64,000 bases of DNA from an uncultured Bacteroidales bacterium (lineage in GTDB: Bacteria > Bacteroidota > Bacteroidia > Bacteroidales > UBA11471): contig CANQQA010000003.1 in the NCBI GenBank assembly GCA_947625885.1, positions 64,726 to 128,725 of the forward strand, given 5' to 3'. Shown in pieces: positions 16,859-26,952 of this stretch (positions are counted from its first letter, which is position 1; every line of letters starts with the position of its first letter). Both the position numbers and the translations under genes were made by a program. The notes beneath the pieces are model-generated. The model was not told where the DNA came from, made no database searches, and was given only the letters and a program-made list of their open reading frames with translations.

Positions 16859-17422
16859 ATGAAACCAATTGATTTTTCACAATCCACAAAAGTGTTGCAA
16901 AAACCGTCCACAATGACTGACAGTGAATGTCAATCATTGCACGTATGGAATGATGGCAAACAATGTGTATCATGTTGGAAAGCATCATTCAAGGAAAGAT
17001 TGAATATTTTATTTACGGGGATAGTTTGGTTGGGCGTGTTTTCTGGCAAGACACAACCGCCCGTTTTCGTGTCTGGCGAAGAAGTCTTTGAAAATTCGAC
17101 GTTAAAAGCCCGAATTTTGACGTTTGTTGCCGAAATTAAGGAGAAGTTCATTGACGTATGGGAAAATGTCAAGGAAGCCGCAAAACAGACCGACAAACGC
17201 AAATATTTTATTGTCGGTTTGACAATATCCATTGTTTTGGGGTCTTTGCTTGGTTGGCTGTTCGGATTTACAATCGGAATACTTGCCAAAATTTTCAAGG
17301 ATTTGTTGGATTCAAAAGGAAATGAAATGGTTGAGGTGATGGACATTGTATTTATGATGTTCGGTGCAGCTTGCGCAATTCCATTTTCTATTCTGTTTTA
17401 TTATTTCTTGATTTTGCGATGA
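16859..17422 (+). CDS. Membrane protein
   Basis: The MKPIDF start is preferred over the track start at 16766. C-terminal hydrophobic helices are YFIVGLTISIVLGSLLGWLFGFTIGILA and FMMFGAACAIPFSILFYYFLIL. The stop overlaps the next start (ATGA). Confidence 0.5.
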   Translation: MKPIDFSQSTKVLQKPSTMTDSECQSLHVWNDGKQCVSCWKASFKERLNILFTGIVWLGVFSGKTQPPVFVSGEEVFENSTLKARILTFVAEIKEKFIDVWENVKEAAKQTDKRKYFIVGLTISIVLGSLLGWLFGFTIGILAKIFKDLLDSKGNEMVEVMDIVFMMFGAACAIPFSILFYYFLILR

Positions 17423-17964
17423 AAAAGGTTGTTGAGGTAAACATTGATTCGTTGATTCCCGATGATAAAAATTTCAATAGGGGAACGGAGTATGGCGACC
17501 ACCTTATGGACGAATCATTGCGAAAATTCGGGCTTGGGCGTTCGGTTTTACTTGATAAGAACGACCGCATTATTGCCGGAAACAAAACCGTCGAAAAGGC
17601 TGCCGAACTTGGATTTGAAAATGCCATTATTGTAGAAACGGACGGAAAGACCCTTGTTGCGGTTCGGCGAAATGACATCGACTTGGATTCGGCAAAAGGT
17701 CGGGAATTTGCACTTGCTGACAATGCAACAAGCAAAGCGAACATTTGCTTTGACACCGACTTGATAATGCAAGAAGCAGAAATATACGACTTTGACCCCG
17801 AAGATTGGGGCGTTACAATGGAACAACCCGAAGAAGAACAACCCGAAGATGGCAAAAAGGTGATTGACACACGATTGATTGTTGAGTGTAGCGATGTTTC
17901 CAAATTGTCGTTGTTATACAGCGAGTTACAAGATAGGGGCTTTAAGTGTGAGTTGAAGAAATAA
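17419..17964 (+). CDS. ParB/sulfiredoxin-domain protein
   Basis: VVEVNIDSLIPDDKNFNRG...SVLLDKNDRIIAGNKTVEKAAELG is a ParB N-terminal-type motif. It has the typical position upstream of terS. Confidence 0.65.
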   Translation: MKKVVEVNIDSLIPDDKNFNRGTEYGDHLMDESLRKFGLGRSVLLDKNDRIIAGNKTVEKAAELGFENAIIVETDGKTLVAVRRNDIDLDSAKGREFALADNATSKANICFDTDLIMQEAEIYDFDPEDWGVTMEQPEEEQPEDGKKVIDTRLIVECSDVSKLSLLYSELQDRGFKCELKK

Positions 17965-18006
17965 GTGATAATTGTAACAAAATCAACCTAAAAAAGAGTA
18001 TTGACA

Positions 18007-18513
18007 ATGGCAAAGTTCAGTAAAAAAACGGTGGAAAAGATTGTTGGGCTTATCAAGTCCGACACATACACCATTGCCGAAATTTGCCGCCAAGTTGGAA
18101 TAACGCCGAAAACATACCATCAATGGGTGAACGACTACCCAGATTTTGCCGAAGCTATCGAAGATGCAAAGGACGAAAGAATGCAAACGATGGTGATTGA
18201 GGCGAAAAAATCCTTGATGAAAAAGATACAAGGTTATGATGTAACTGAAACAAAGGTTGTAACCATTCCCGGTACAAAAAAGGACGAAAATGGCAATCCG
18301 AAACCCATAATCAAGGAACAAACGACCAGCAAAAAGCACATTCAACCAGACACGGCGGCGATTATATTCGCATTGACTAATGGCGACCCAGAGCATTGGC
18401 GAAATAGACAATCAAACGAAATAACAGGCAAGGACGGTAAAGACTTGTTCGCTGGCAAAACAGATGAAGAATTGGACAATGAGATTGCAGAATTGAAGCG
18501 CAAATTGGAGTGA
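18007..18513 (+). CDS. terS: Terminase small subunit
   Basis: HTH YTIAEICRQVGITPKTYHQWVNDYPDFAEAIEDAKDE. Its stop overlaps the terL start (TGATG). The track start at 18001 is a TTG. Confidence 0.7.
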   Translation: MAKFSKKTVEKIVGLIKSDTYTIAEICRQVGITPKTYHQWVNDYPDFAEAIEDAKDERMQTMVIEAKKSLMKKIQGYDVTETKVVTIPGTKKDENGNPKPIIKEQTTSKKHIQPDTAAIIFALTNGDPEHWRNRQSNEITGKDGKDLFAGKTDEELDNEIAELKRKLE

Positions 18514-19982
18514 TGAATAAAAAGGCGGACAAAATAAAGTTGTGCAAGGCGTTGAAAGAAAGGCTTATTCGTGAAAGTCGTTCTGATTTGTTGCGTTTTA
18601 CCCTTTCAACAATGCCGACATTTCGTCCGGCAGACTTTCACCGCCGATATTATCAAGTCTTGACCGATTTTGCAGATGGCAAGATTCGCAAACTTATGGT
18701 CTTTATGCCCCCGCAGCACGGTAAAAGCGAGGGTTCAACAAGGCGTTTACCCGCATTCCTATTAGGCAAGAATCCAGACAAAAAGTTGGCAATTGTGTCG
18801 TATAATGCGCCAAAGGCAAGGAAGTTTAATCGAGAAATACAACGTATCATTGACACCAAAGAATATCACGATATATTTCCGAACACCGCACTGAACACTT
18901 CAAATGTTACAACGGTGGCGGGTTCTTGGTTGCGAAATGCTGATGAATGCGAAATTGTTGGTTATCGTGGCGGATTCAAGACGGTTGGTGTTGGTGGTGC
19001 TTTGACGGGTGAACCCGTAGATATTTTGATAATGGACGACATTTATAAGGACGCAAAAACGGCTTGGTCGCCCGTTGTTCGTGAAAGTGTTGTCGATTGG
19101 TACGATACAGTTGCCGAAACCAGACTTCATAACGATTCGCAACAATTGATTGTGTTCACCAGATGGCACGAAGATGACTTGGCGGGAACGTTGTTGCGCC
19201 AACAAGGTGTTTATGACCCAGAAACAAACACAGATGGTTGGGTTGTCGTGATATACAAGGCTATCAAAGAGGGAAAACCGACAGAGTACGACCCACGCCA
19301 AGAGGGTGAAGCCCTTTGGAGTGAACGCCATAATTTGAGCAAGTTGCAGTCGATACGAAAGAGAAATCCGCAAGTGTTTGAATCTTTGTACCAGCAAGAC
19401 CCGCAGCCTCGTTCTGGGTTGATGTACGAAAGTGGATTTGTGGAATATTCGATTCGCCCGGCAACAAAATATGTCAAGCGAAAGTGTTATGTGGACACAG
19501 CCGATACGGGAGCAGATTATTTGTGCGCAATCGTATATGACGAAACAGATGTTGGGAACTACATTGTCGATGTTCTTTACACCACTCGCCCCGTTGAATA
19601 TACCGAACCAGCCCTTGCAAAGATGCTTACCAAACACCAAGTTGCGGAATGTGTTGTGGAAGCAAACAATGGCGGGCGATTGTTCAAGAACAATGTTGAA
19701 CGGCAATGCAGATTGATGGGCAATGCCAAGACAAAGTTTTCGTCTTTTCACCAATCCGAGAACAAAGACACGCGCATTTATCAAAATTCTGCAATGGTGC
19801 AGAATCTTACGTTTATGCCGCAAGGTTGGAAAAACTTATTTCCAGATTTCTCAAAGGCGATATGTAGTTACTTGAAAGCTGGACAAAATGAACATGATGA
19901 CGCCCCAGATGCTTTGACTGGAACAATAGAAAAACGAACAAACCACAAAAAATCGGACGTGGCAAGTCTTTTTGGGTATTAA
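18513..19982 (+). CDS. terL: Terminase large subunit
   Basis: Walker A-like FMPPQHGKSE and Walker B ILIMDD. C-terminal nuclease residues are VDTADTGADY and NEHDDAPDAL. Confidence 0.85.
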   Translation: MNKKADKIKLCKALKERLIRESRSDLLRFTLSTMPTFRPADFHRRYYQVLTDFADGKIRKLMVFMPPQHGKSEGSTRRLPAFLLGKNPDKKLAIVSYNAPKARKFNREIQRIIDTKEYHDIFPNTALNTSNVTTVAGSWLRNADECEIVGYRGGFKTVGVGGALTGEPVDILIMDDIYKDAKTAWSPVVRESVVDWYDTVAETRLHNDSQQLIVFTRWHEDDLAGTLLRQQGVYDPETNTDGWVVVIYKAIKEGKPTEYDPRQEGEALWSERHNLSKLQSIRKRNPQVFESLYQQDPQPRSGLMYESGFVEYSIRPATKYVKRKCYVDTADTGADYLCAIVYDETDVGNYIVDVLYTTRPVEYTEPALAKMLTKHQVAECVVEANNGGRLFKNNVERQCRLMGNAKTKFSSFHQSENKDTRIYQNSAMVQNLTFMPQGWKNLFPDFSKAICSYLKAGQNEHDDAPDALTGTIEKRTNHKKSDVASLFGY

Positions 19983-19999
19983 ATGTATCACTATAAAAC
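19982..19999 (+). promoter_or_regulatory. Recurrent phage motif copy (aatgtatcactataaaac)
   Basis: Identical to copy 1. It overlaps the terL stop and ends 7 nt before the ATG at 20007. Confidence 0.6.
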
Positions 20000-20006
20000 A
20001 GGTATT

Positions 20007-21467
20007 ATGACTATTAAAGAAATTTTCGGAAAGGCAACGGATAATGATGTGATTGCAGAATTAAAGCTCCACCGTTACACACCGCAGCCCGATGTGGAAG
20101 CCGCGAGAAAAGCGTTGAATCCGGAGTTACACGGCATCAACGACCCTATTACTCGACCAGACAAAAAAGTAAAGGTCGATTCGGATAATGATGCTGATTC
20201 GGCGCAACGGGTTATATCCGTCGATGGCGAATCGGTAAATTATAGAACCGAAAAGGTGGCAAGGGTTTCACTTGCCATTCAAAGGCTTATAATCAACCGT
20301 GCTGTATCGTTTTGCTTCGGCAATCCGCCAGAATATAATTCAACTCCTATCAACGATGTTGAAAGAAGCATTGTGAAAGCTGTTAATCACATTTTGTATG
20401 ACGTCAAAAGCAATTCTTTGAATCGCAAAATTGGGCGTTCAATATTTGGATTTAAGGAGTGTGCAGAGTATTGGTACACTGTTGATAAGGAACACACAAA
20501 ATATGGATTCAACGCAAAGCACAAATTGCGCTGCGCTATCTTTTCGCCCGAATTTGACGATAAACTTTACCCGTATTTTGATGAAACAGGTGATATGCTC
20601 GCTTTTTCGCGTGCATTTAGCCGTAAGATTTTGAAAAGCGCCATTGATTACTTTGAAACATTCACGGCAGATGAACATTGGTTGTGGGCAAATGGCGCAA
20701 ATGGTTATGAAGTCGTGCCCGGTTATCCAAAGCCTATTGCAATCGGTAAAATACCCGTTGTGTATGGCTATCAATCAAAGTTTGAAACCGAGGACGTGAA
20801 CAAATTGATTGACCGTCTGGAAACTCTTTTGTCAAATTTTGCAGACACAAATGATTATCATGCAAGTCCAAAGATTTTTGTTACCGGGCAAATTAATGGG
20901 TGGTCGAAAAAGGGCGAATCTGGCTCTGTAATTGAGGGCGAAGATGGTGCAACCATGCAATATGTATCTTGGCAATCCGCGCCGGAAGCTGTCAAGTTAG
21001 AGATTGAAACCCTGTTAAAGATGATTTATACAATCACACAAACGCCCGACATTTCTTTCGATTCTGTCAAGGGGCTTGGAGCAATAAGCGGTATTGCCTT
21101 GAAGCTGTTGTTTATGGACGCACATTTGAAAGTTCAGGATAAGCGCGAAATTTTCGATGAATATCTGCAACGTCGCGTGAACATCATTTTGGCATACATC
21201 GGGAAAATGAACACCGCTTGGGAAAAGGATTGTGAAAACATCGTGATTGAACCAGAACTTGTGCCGTATATGCTAACGAATGAACTTGACGACTTGAATT
21301 ATTGGCTTACCGCAAACGGAAACAAACCGGTTATTTCGCAAGAAGAATCTATTGAACGCGCCGGAATTTCTAAGGACGTGAACATGACGGTGCAGAAAAT
21401 AAAAGAGCAAACCGCAAGCGAAAATTCATTCATAATTGGAGAGCCTCAAATTGATGGTGATGCGTAA
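20007..21467 (+). CDS. Portal protein
   Basis: About 486 aa, immediately after terL, with size and position typical of SPP1-type portals. The track start at 19983 lies inside the motif. Confidence 0.7.
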   Translation: MTIKEIFGKATDNDVIAELKLHRYTPQPDVEAARKALNPELHGINDPITRPDKKVKVDSDNDADSAQRVISVDGESVNYRTEKVARVSLAIQRLIINRAVSFCFGNPPEYNSTPINDVERSIVKAVNHILYDVKSNSLNRKIGRSIFGFKECAEYWYTVDKEHTKYGFNAKHKLRCAIFSPEFDDKLYPYFDETGDMLAFSRAFSRKILKSAIDYFETFTADEHWLWANGANGYEVVPGYPKPIAIGKIPVVYGYQSKFETEDVNKLIDRLETLLSNFADTNDYHASPKIFVTGQINGWSKKGESGSVIEGEDGATMQYVSWQSAPEAVKLEIETLLKMIYTITQTPDISFDSVKGLGAISGIALKLLFMDAHLKVQDKREIFDEYLQRRVNIILAYIGKMNTAWEKDCENIVIEPELVPYMLTNELDDLNYWLTANGNKPVISQEESIERAGISKDVNMTVQKIKEQTASENSFIIGEPQIDGDA

Positions 21468-21738
21468 GGTATTGTTTGCAATCTTGATGGTGCTTTGTCT
21501 TGCAAGCTGCAAGGAAAACACGATAAGTGGGTATGTTGTTGGGAAAGAATTTGTACCGGCACATACTTACACCCAATACAATGTAGTGTTGAAGATGCCG
21601 CAAACAAGGCGTGTTCCAGACCAATTTATTATGTGGGTGGCTGATTCGTGCGGTGTTCGCCGTTGCCACGTTGATAAAACCACGTTTACCCGAATTAAAA
21701 ACGGTCAGTTCGTAACTTATGGCAAAAAAGAAGATTGA
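21454..21738 (+). CDS. Small lipoprotein
   Basis: MVMRKVLFAILMVLCLASCKEN is a signal peptide plus lipobox Cys. Confidence 0.5.
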   Translation: MVMRKVLFAILMVLCLASCKENTISGYVVGKEFVPAHTYTQYNVVLKMPQTRRVPDQFIMWVADSCGVRRCHVDKTTFTRIKNGQFVTYGKKED

Positions 21739-21922
21739 AGAAATATCTAAGTTGAGGTGTCGTGATTGTGCCAATTCATACGATTGGAGCGACAGGGCAC
21801 ATGATGGACATTTGATATTGTGCCGATGTAAACTTGATAAAAAAACGGAATACGGAAAATGGTGCAAGATGTTGTCCGACTACGTTTGTGAACACTTCAA
21901 GATTCGACCGAAAGGGAATTGA
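21719..21922 (+). CDS. Small Cys-rich (zinc-ribbon-like) protein
   Basis: 67 aa with CRDC...CRC...C pairs. Confidence 0.4.
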   Translation: MAKKKIEEISKLRCRDCANSYDWSDRAHDGHLILCRCKLDKKTEYGKWCKMLSDYVCEHFKIRPKGN

Positions 21923-21925
21923 TTT

Positions 21926-24328
21926 ATGGCAAAGAAAAGGCAGAAAACAACGCGGTTTTCGATTCAATCATACGATTCCGCACATTACAGGCAAACGGAG
22001 CAATACACCAAAGCTGTTGAAGCCTTATTTGACCGAGCCACCGCCGAAGTTTCAAAGGCAGCGGCAAAAGGCACATACAACCCAGATAAGCCATTTTCTT
22101 TTGATGATTACCCCGGTGTAAAGTCCGTTATGCAAGATGTAACCGAACAACTTGCAAGCAGAATGATAACGGTTATTGAAACGGGTTCAAAAAAACAGTG
22201 GTTGTTCGCTTGCAAGAAGAACGATGGCTTTATTGATTCGATAATGGAAACGTCAAAGTTGAGCAAGGCGATGTTGCAAAAGATGCAAGACCGAAACTTG
22301 GACGCATTACAGACATTCCAGCGGCGCAAGGTCGATGGAATGAACCTTTCGCAAAGGGTTTGGAAATATGTCGGTCAATACAAAGAGCAACTGGAATCTG
22401 CCCTTGATGTTGGATTGGGCGATGGTCGAAGTGCCGACCAACTTTCACGTGATGTCCGGAAAAACCTCAAAGAACCGAACCGATTATTTCGCCGTGTGCG
22501 AGATAAACGCGGAAACCTTGTATTGTCGAAAGCCGCAAAAGCCTTTCACCCCGGACAGGGAGTTTACCGTTCGTCGTACAAGAATGCAATGCGTTTGACG
22601 CGCTCCGAAATAAACATGGCATATAGAGAAAGCGACTTTTTGCGCTGGCAATCACTTGATTTCGTTGTTGGCTTTGAGATACACCGAAGTAATCACGAAC
22701 CATTGTGTAAATGCGACATTTGCCAACAATTGGTCGGTCGTTACCCAAAGACATTCAAGTTCAAAGGGTGGCACCCGCAATGTATGTGTTATGCCGTGCC
22801 TATATTGATGGACGAAGAAACCTTTGATGAAAATGAATTGGGCAACCTCAAAGCGGCATTGCGAGGAACGCAATACAAGAAATTGGAAGCGAAGAATATA
22901 GTTTCCGATGTGCCAGATGGATTCAAAGCATGGGTAAAAGACCATATAGATGCGCAAAAGAAATGGGGCTCGACGCCTTATTTTATTAAAGACAATTTCA
23001 AAAATGGCAAGTTGTCCGATGGATTGAAGATTGCATTGCCAACCATTGAATCACCGATTGACCCGATACAACAACAACTTGATGCGTTAAATGTGCAAAT
23101 TGTCCAAGCAAGGCAACAAGCCGCCAAGTGGGGATTATCCGTACAACTCACAATGCTTAACAAGTACGTTTCAGAAAGGGATATTGCTGGCGTGCGTATA
23201 AGAATAGCAACCATTCAATCAAAAGCGAAGATGATGGAACAAGCCGATGCGGATATTCGCCGCAAGTGTTCCGAATGGGGGTTGTCCACATACATTCTCG
23301 ATGAAGCAATGCGCAATCCAGATACAAAGAACATTTTGGAAAAAATGACTGAATTGGAAAATAGGTGCTTCAACGCTGAAAAAGAATACAATCAATTCAT
23401 TGCAAATGCCACAAATGCAATACAGGAAGCGCGAAAATACAAAATTGATGTTTTGGAAATGTTTAATTATGTTGCCACAATTACGAGCGATAAGCGCGAA
23501 TGGGTGATGGGCAAAAGTTCGTATAAACAGGCATTGCAAGATTTGTTGGATAAGATACGCAAAAGTGGTGGTGGCGATTCACCACACAAAGCAATACGAA
23601 CATCATACACAGCAAGTTCCGAACTTGACGACACTTTCAAGGTTATCAACTCCGAGTTTACCACCGAAAAGTGGTTTGAACACGGCGATTGTGTTTTGTC
23701 CGCAACGAAGAAAAGTGATGTAAACGGTTATACGTATATGGACGGGCGAATTTTCTTGAAAACTGAAAGACTTGAATACGTAAAATCCGCAATGGCTAAA
23801 ATCGGAAGTGGCAAATCAAATGAAATCACCTTTGAAGAAGCTGATGCAATGGCAACATTTTGGCACGAAATCACACACAACCGTAATGTTCCGGGCAATA
23901 TGAAAACAACAAAAGCGCAAACCAAAGTTATGGAAATGATGAACGAGTTTGTGGCACGAAAGACATTGCCGGAATTTTACGCAAAATTGGGTTGTGCCAA
24001 TACGCCACACCCGGAGTTCATCAACAATCGAAATTCAACGGGTTACAACCGCCGTGTGCTTATGTATGATTTTGTCATTTCAAAACTTGGTCTTGACCCG
24101 GCAAAAGTTCTTGCATCGGCGCGAAAGTATCTTTTTAGATTGGATTACACACAACAGGAAACAACCGCAATACAAGCATTGTTGGACGGTGGAATGGATA
24201 AGTTCATTCGTTTAGATGGTAAACCGATAGGAAAAGCCCAAATGAAAAAGATTGTTGCTTTATGCCGTAGTGGTGCAGGTGAGCAAACAATTGAAAACTA
24301 TATGCGAAAAGAGGGCATTATAAAATAA
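21926..24328 (+). CDS. MuF/SPP1 gp7-like head protein with a long C-terminal extension carrying HExxH
   Basis: MuF-type region RSEINMAYRESDFLRWQ...CKCDICQQL...WHPQCMCYAVPI lies in the first ~300 aa. A coiled coil follows, then FWHEITHN (HEITH at 23864-23878) with a downstream EMMNEF. Confidence 0.75.
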   Translation: MAKKRQKTTRFSIQSYDSAHYRQTEQYTKAVEALFDRATAEVSKAAAKGTYNPDKPFSFDDYPGVKSVMQDVTEQLASRMITVIETGSKKQWLFACKKNDGFIDSIMETSKLSKAMLQKMQDRNLDALQTFQRRKVDGMNLSQRVWKYVGQYKEQLESALDVGLGDGRSADQLSRDVRKNLKEPNRLFRRVRDKRGNLVLSKAAKAFHPGQGVYRSSYKNAMRLTRSEINMAYRESDFLRWQSLDFVVGFEIHRSNHEPLCKCDICQQLVGRYPKTFKFKGWHPQCMCYAVPILMDEETFDENELGNLKAALRGTQYKKLEAKNIVSDVPDGFKAWVKDHIDAQKKWGSTPYFIKDNFKNGKLSDGLKIALPTIESPIDPIQQQLDALNVQIVQARQQAAKWGLSVQLTMLNKYVSERDIAGVRIRIATIQSKAKMMEQADADIRRKCSEWGLSTYILDEAMRNPDTKNILEKMTELENRCFNAEKEYNQFIANATNAIQEARKYKIDVLEMFNYVATITSDKREWVMGKSSYKQALQDLLDKIRKSGGGDSPHKAIRTSYTASSELDDTFKVINSEFTTEKWFEHGDCVLSATKKSDVNGYTYMDGRIFLKTERLEYVKSAMAKIGSGKSNEITFEEADAMATFWHEITHNRNVPGNMKTTKAQTKVMEMMNEFVARKTLPEFYAKLGCANTPHPEFINNRNSTGYNRRVLMYDFVISKLGLDPAKVLASARKYLFRLDYTQQETTAIQALLDGGMDKFIRLDGKPIGKAQMKKIVALCRSGAGEQTIENYMRKEGIIK

Positions 24329-24329
24329 T

Positions 24330-24359
24330 AAAGTGGGGGGCTTCACGCCCCCCCACTTT
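24330..24359. terminator. Bidirectional hairpin terminator between convergent genes
   Basis: aaagtgggggg (24330-24340) pairs with ccccccacttt (24349-24359) around an 8-nt loop. It sits between the + gene ending at 24328 and the - gene ending at 24358. Confidence 0.7.
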
Positions 24360-24588
24360 ATTCGTTGTTCTCCGCTTCAAGTTCTTTTTTGTATTGCTTT
24401 TCGACGGCTTGCAACAAATCTTTGTTGTTAGTCAATTCCGCAAACTCAATGAGTACGTGAGCATTATAAAGCGGATATTCTTTCAAATCGCGAAAGAAAT
24501 CTTCTTTCGACACGACCAAATCTGCAATTATTTGTTCATCGTTGCAGAAATCAAAGATGGTCTTTTCTTTCAAATTGGTGTAGTCCAT
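24358..24588 (-). CDS. Hypothetical protein (inverted cassette)
   Basis: 76-aa acidic ORF, last gene of the minus-strand cassette. Confidence 0.45.
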   Translation of the reverse strand: MDYTNLKEKTIFDFCNDEQIIADLVVSKEDFFRDLKEYPLYNAHVLIEFAELTNNKDLLQAVEKQYKKELEAENNE

Positions 24589-24594
24589 AATTGT

Positions 24595-24822
24595 TTATTT
24601 TGATGGTTTACGATTCGTTTTCTTTCGGTGGATTGTTCCCCTGTAAATGATGCACTTGTTGTTGCGATATGGCTTTGATTCGGTTATTCCATACGCCCAC
24701 AATCGAGATTTCGACACGCCCAATTCAAGATGATTGAATGTGTCGAAAATCGCGGCAATAGAACCGAAATAATGGTGGTTGTCGTCGCCGAAGCAAACGT
24801 GATATATGGTTGTTCCGTTCAT
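24595..24822 (-). CDS. Hypothetical protein (inverted cassette)
   Basis: 75-aa ORF with a basic C-terminus, tightly packed. Confidence 0.45.
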   Translation of the reverse strand: MNGTTIYHVCFGDDNHHYFGSIAAIFDTFNHLELGVSKSRLWAYGITESKPYRNNKCIIYRGTIHRKKTNRKPSK

Positions 24823-24890
24823 ATTACAATTGCATTTCTTATGGCATCAATTGGTGATTTTGCTGCATTTGGCGAAATCTACCCCTTTGG

Positions 24891-25163
24891 TCATAACACA
24901 TATATTTTTCGTTTACTCATTTCATCGCGGAATTTACTATACGCCGCGTTGTATGATTCGCCGCTGGATTCTGCCAACATGATAAACCCAGCTCGACCGT
25001 CGTTTTTGATGATGATTTTTCCGATAACTCTGACTGATTCAAAATATCCGCCGGCACACTTCATTACCGCTTCTATCTGTTCGCTCGCTGCAAATCTGTT
25101 TTCCGCGTTTATTGCTACTTTTATCTGATTTTTCATATTGCTGCCTCTTTCTTTATTTTCCAT
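24891..25163 (-). CDS. Hypothetical protein (inverted cassette)
   Basis: The MENKERG start at 25163 is preferred because it lies 5 nt after the upstream stop. The track start is 25193. Confidence 0.4.
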   Translation of the reverse strand: MENKERGSNMKNQIKVAINAENRFAASEQIEAVMKCAGGYFESVRVIGKIIIKNDGRAGFIMLAESSGESYNAAYSKFRDEMSKRKIYVL

Positions 25164-25167
25164 TGTC

Positions 25168-25719
25168 TTATATATTAAAATCAAACCATTCACGGGGAGA
25201 ATTGAACGCAGCCTTTTTCACTTGCCGATAAAAAGCCTTATTCAATTTGCGTATCCTTGCCAAACATTCGTGTGGATTCCAACGGAAGTCTGGCATCATT
25301 TCGTTGTTCGCGGCATAAATACCGCCTTGTTTTGGTTCAAAATGTCCAAAGGCAACCAAGTTCCCATCTTTGATGAAAACAACTTCCTTGATGTGTTTGT
25401 TGAGCTTGTGGCGGTATGTTAAGGACGTGCAAGTGTTGTAATACTCAACAATCTTGTGTTGCCGTTCCATCGCTTCTTGCAGCTTGGTTGCCTTATTCTT
25501 TCGGAAGTCCCACATATTTTTGGCAACTTGATGCCGAAGTTCCGCTACATTGATAGGTTCGCTTCCGATTGCCATATCATACGGAAATGTGCCGTTGGCA
25601 AACATTCTTACAGCACGAACAAAGTTCTCTTTGTCCACCACTTTGTCGTGAAGTTCATTCACGAAATCAACACGTAAACCATACTTGGCTGCGAGTGCTT
25701 CAAAATTCATCTTTTCCAT
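25168..25719 (-). CDS. Hypothetical protein (inverted cassette)
   Basis: 183-aa ORF. No motif recognised. Confidence 0.5.
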   Translation of the reverse strand: MEKMNFEALAAKYGLRVDFVNELHDKVVDKENFVRAVRMFANGTFPYDMAIGSEPINVAELRHQVAKNMWDFRKNKATKLQEAMERQHKIVEYYNTCTSLTYRHKLNKHIKEVVFIKDGNLVAFGHFEPKQGGIYAANNEMMPDFRWNPHECLARIRKLNKAFYRQVKKAAFNSPREWFDFNI

Positions 25720-25734
25720 GCAAATGTAACAAAT

Positions 25735-25989
25735 TTATTTAATATAACTATTATTTTTTTGTTGTTTAGTTTTATTCGGTGTGATTAAAAGTGTATGGGC
25801 TGCCAAACTTAATGCACGGGCATTGAAGTCGTGCTTCAAGGCAATTTCTTCTTGCCCGTCATTGTCGGCTTTTGTTGATGTCAAAAGTTCCATGTCCATT
25901 ATCCGTGCTATTGTCTTGAACATTCGTTTTGATGCTTCATACAATCGGCGATTATATTCGTCGTCAGTCATTGTGTTGATTGCTTTCAT
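25735..25989 (-). CDS. Hypothetical protein (inverted cassette)
   Basis: 84-aa ORF. No motif recognised. Confidence 0.45.
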   Translation of the reverse strand: MKAINTMTDDEYNRRLYEASKRMFKTIARIMDMELLTSTKADNDGQEEIALKHDFNARALSLAAHTLLITPNKTKQQKNNSYIK

Positions 25990-25998
25990 ATTCGCTGT

Positions 25999-26952
25999 TT
26001 AATTGTTATTTATACCAATAATATACAAGCAATTCTTTTCCGGAAGCAGTTTGTTTACACCATCAAGGGTTGCGCCTGTTGTCAAGATGTCATCAAACAC
26101 AATGATGTTATGTTCTTTAATATCAACGTGCAATGCGAATTGTGGGTTGATGCGTTGTCTTGTCTTTGCGGTTATTGCATCATTGTAAAATGGGATTCCC
26201 AGCTTTTTAGCAATCACCAAACAAACGCTTTCGGCAAAGTTCGTTTCCTTGTGGCGGCGTTTGGGCGTCGTGAGCAACGCCCAATCATCATTGTGGCGCA
26301 ATCCAACCACACGGCGAATAACATTCAAGGCGGCATCTGCAAACAATCCAACATTGGAGAAATCCGCCTTAATGGTGGATAATGGATAACCTTGTTCGCT
26401 TTTCTTGAAGCAGGAAATGAAAGAAAAATCACGTTTTGGGTGCCAGCCGATGCAATCTTTCAAATCGCACACGCTTTCTTGGGAGTTGGCGGCAGAGTTC
26501 CACCCTGCACGTTTCTTTTCTTGCGGTTGTTCCTCAAATTGCGGTTCCTCAAATTGCGAAATGTCAATTGCCCATTCTTGGAGTTCTACGGCGTCCCACC
26601 CATCAAGAAGTGCTTTGTAATCCCAATCACCGAAATCCCCATTGTCCTTGATGATATAGTTTCGGAGTTTTTCAACTGGCGTTTCCTTTGGGATAATGAT
26701 GCAAGGAACATCATCGAATCCAAGCCGCCTCAATGCTTGTAAACGCATATTTCCGCCGACAGTGATATACTTGCCATCTGCAATCGGATAAACGAGCAGC
26801 CCACGCAATTGCAACATTTCGGGGTCTTGTTTAATGCTTTCAACCAGCTTATCAAGTTTTGCGGGGTTTGTGATACGCGGATTCGGGGGCAAGCCCGGAA
26901 CTTGCCCCGTGTTGTTCTCAATCCGCATGATTGGAATGTTTGTTGTTATCAT
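25999..26952 (-). CDS. ParB-N domain fused to a ComF-like phosphoribosyltransferase domain
   Basis: N-terminus LLVYPIADGKYITVGGNMRLQALRRLGFDDVPCIII is ParB/Srx type. The C-terminal PRPP-binding loop is HNIIVFDDILTTGATLDGV. An acidic linker lies between them. Confidence 0.75.
   Translation of the reverse strand: MITTNIPIMRIENNTGQVPGLPPNPRITNPAKLDKLVESIKQDPEMLQLRGLLVYPIADGKYITVGGNMRLQALRRLGFDDVPCIIIPKETPVEKLRNYIIKDNGDFGDWDYKALLDGWDAVELQEWAIDISQFEEPQFEEQPQEKKRAGWNSAANSQESVCDLKDCIGWHPKRDFSFISCFKKSEQGYPLSTIKADFSNVGLFADAALNVIRRVVGLRHNDDWALLTTPKRRHKETNFAESVCLVIAKKLGIPFYNDAITAKTRQRINPQFALHVDIKEHNIIVFDDILTTGATLDGVNKLLPEKNCLYIIGINNN

Noticed and set aside
18900-19823. 307-aa minus-strand ORF
   Set aside because: It is antisense to terL, has no motifs and would break the uniformly plus-strand packaging operon.
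24322-24334. cattataaaataa at the end of the MuF gene as another motif copy
   Set aside because: It matches only the ATTATAAAA core, lies at a gene end inside coding sequence and has no downstream co-oriented start.
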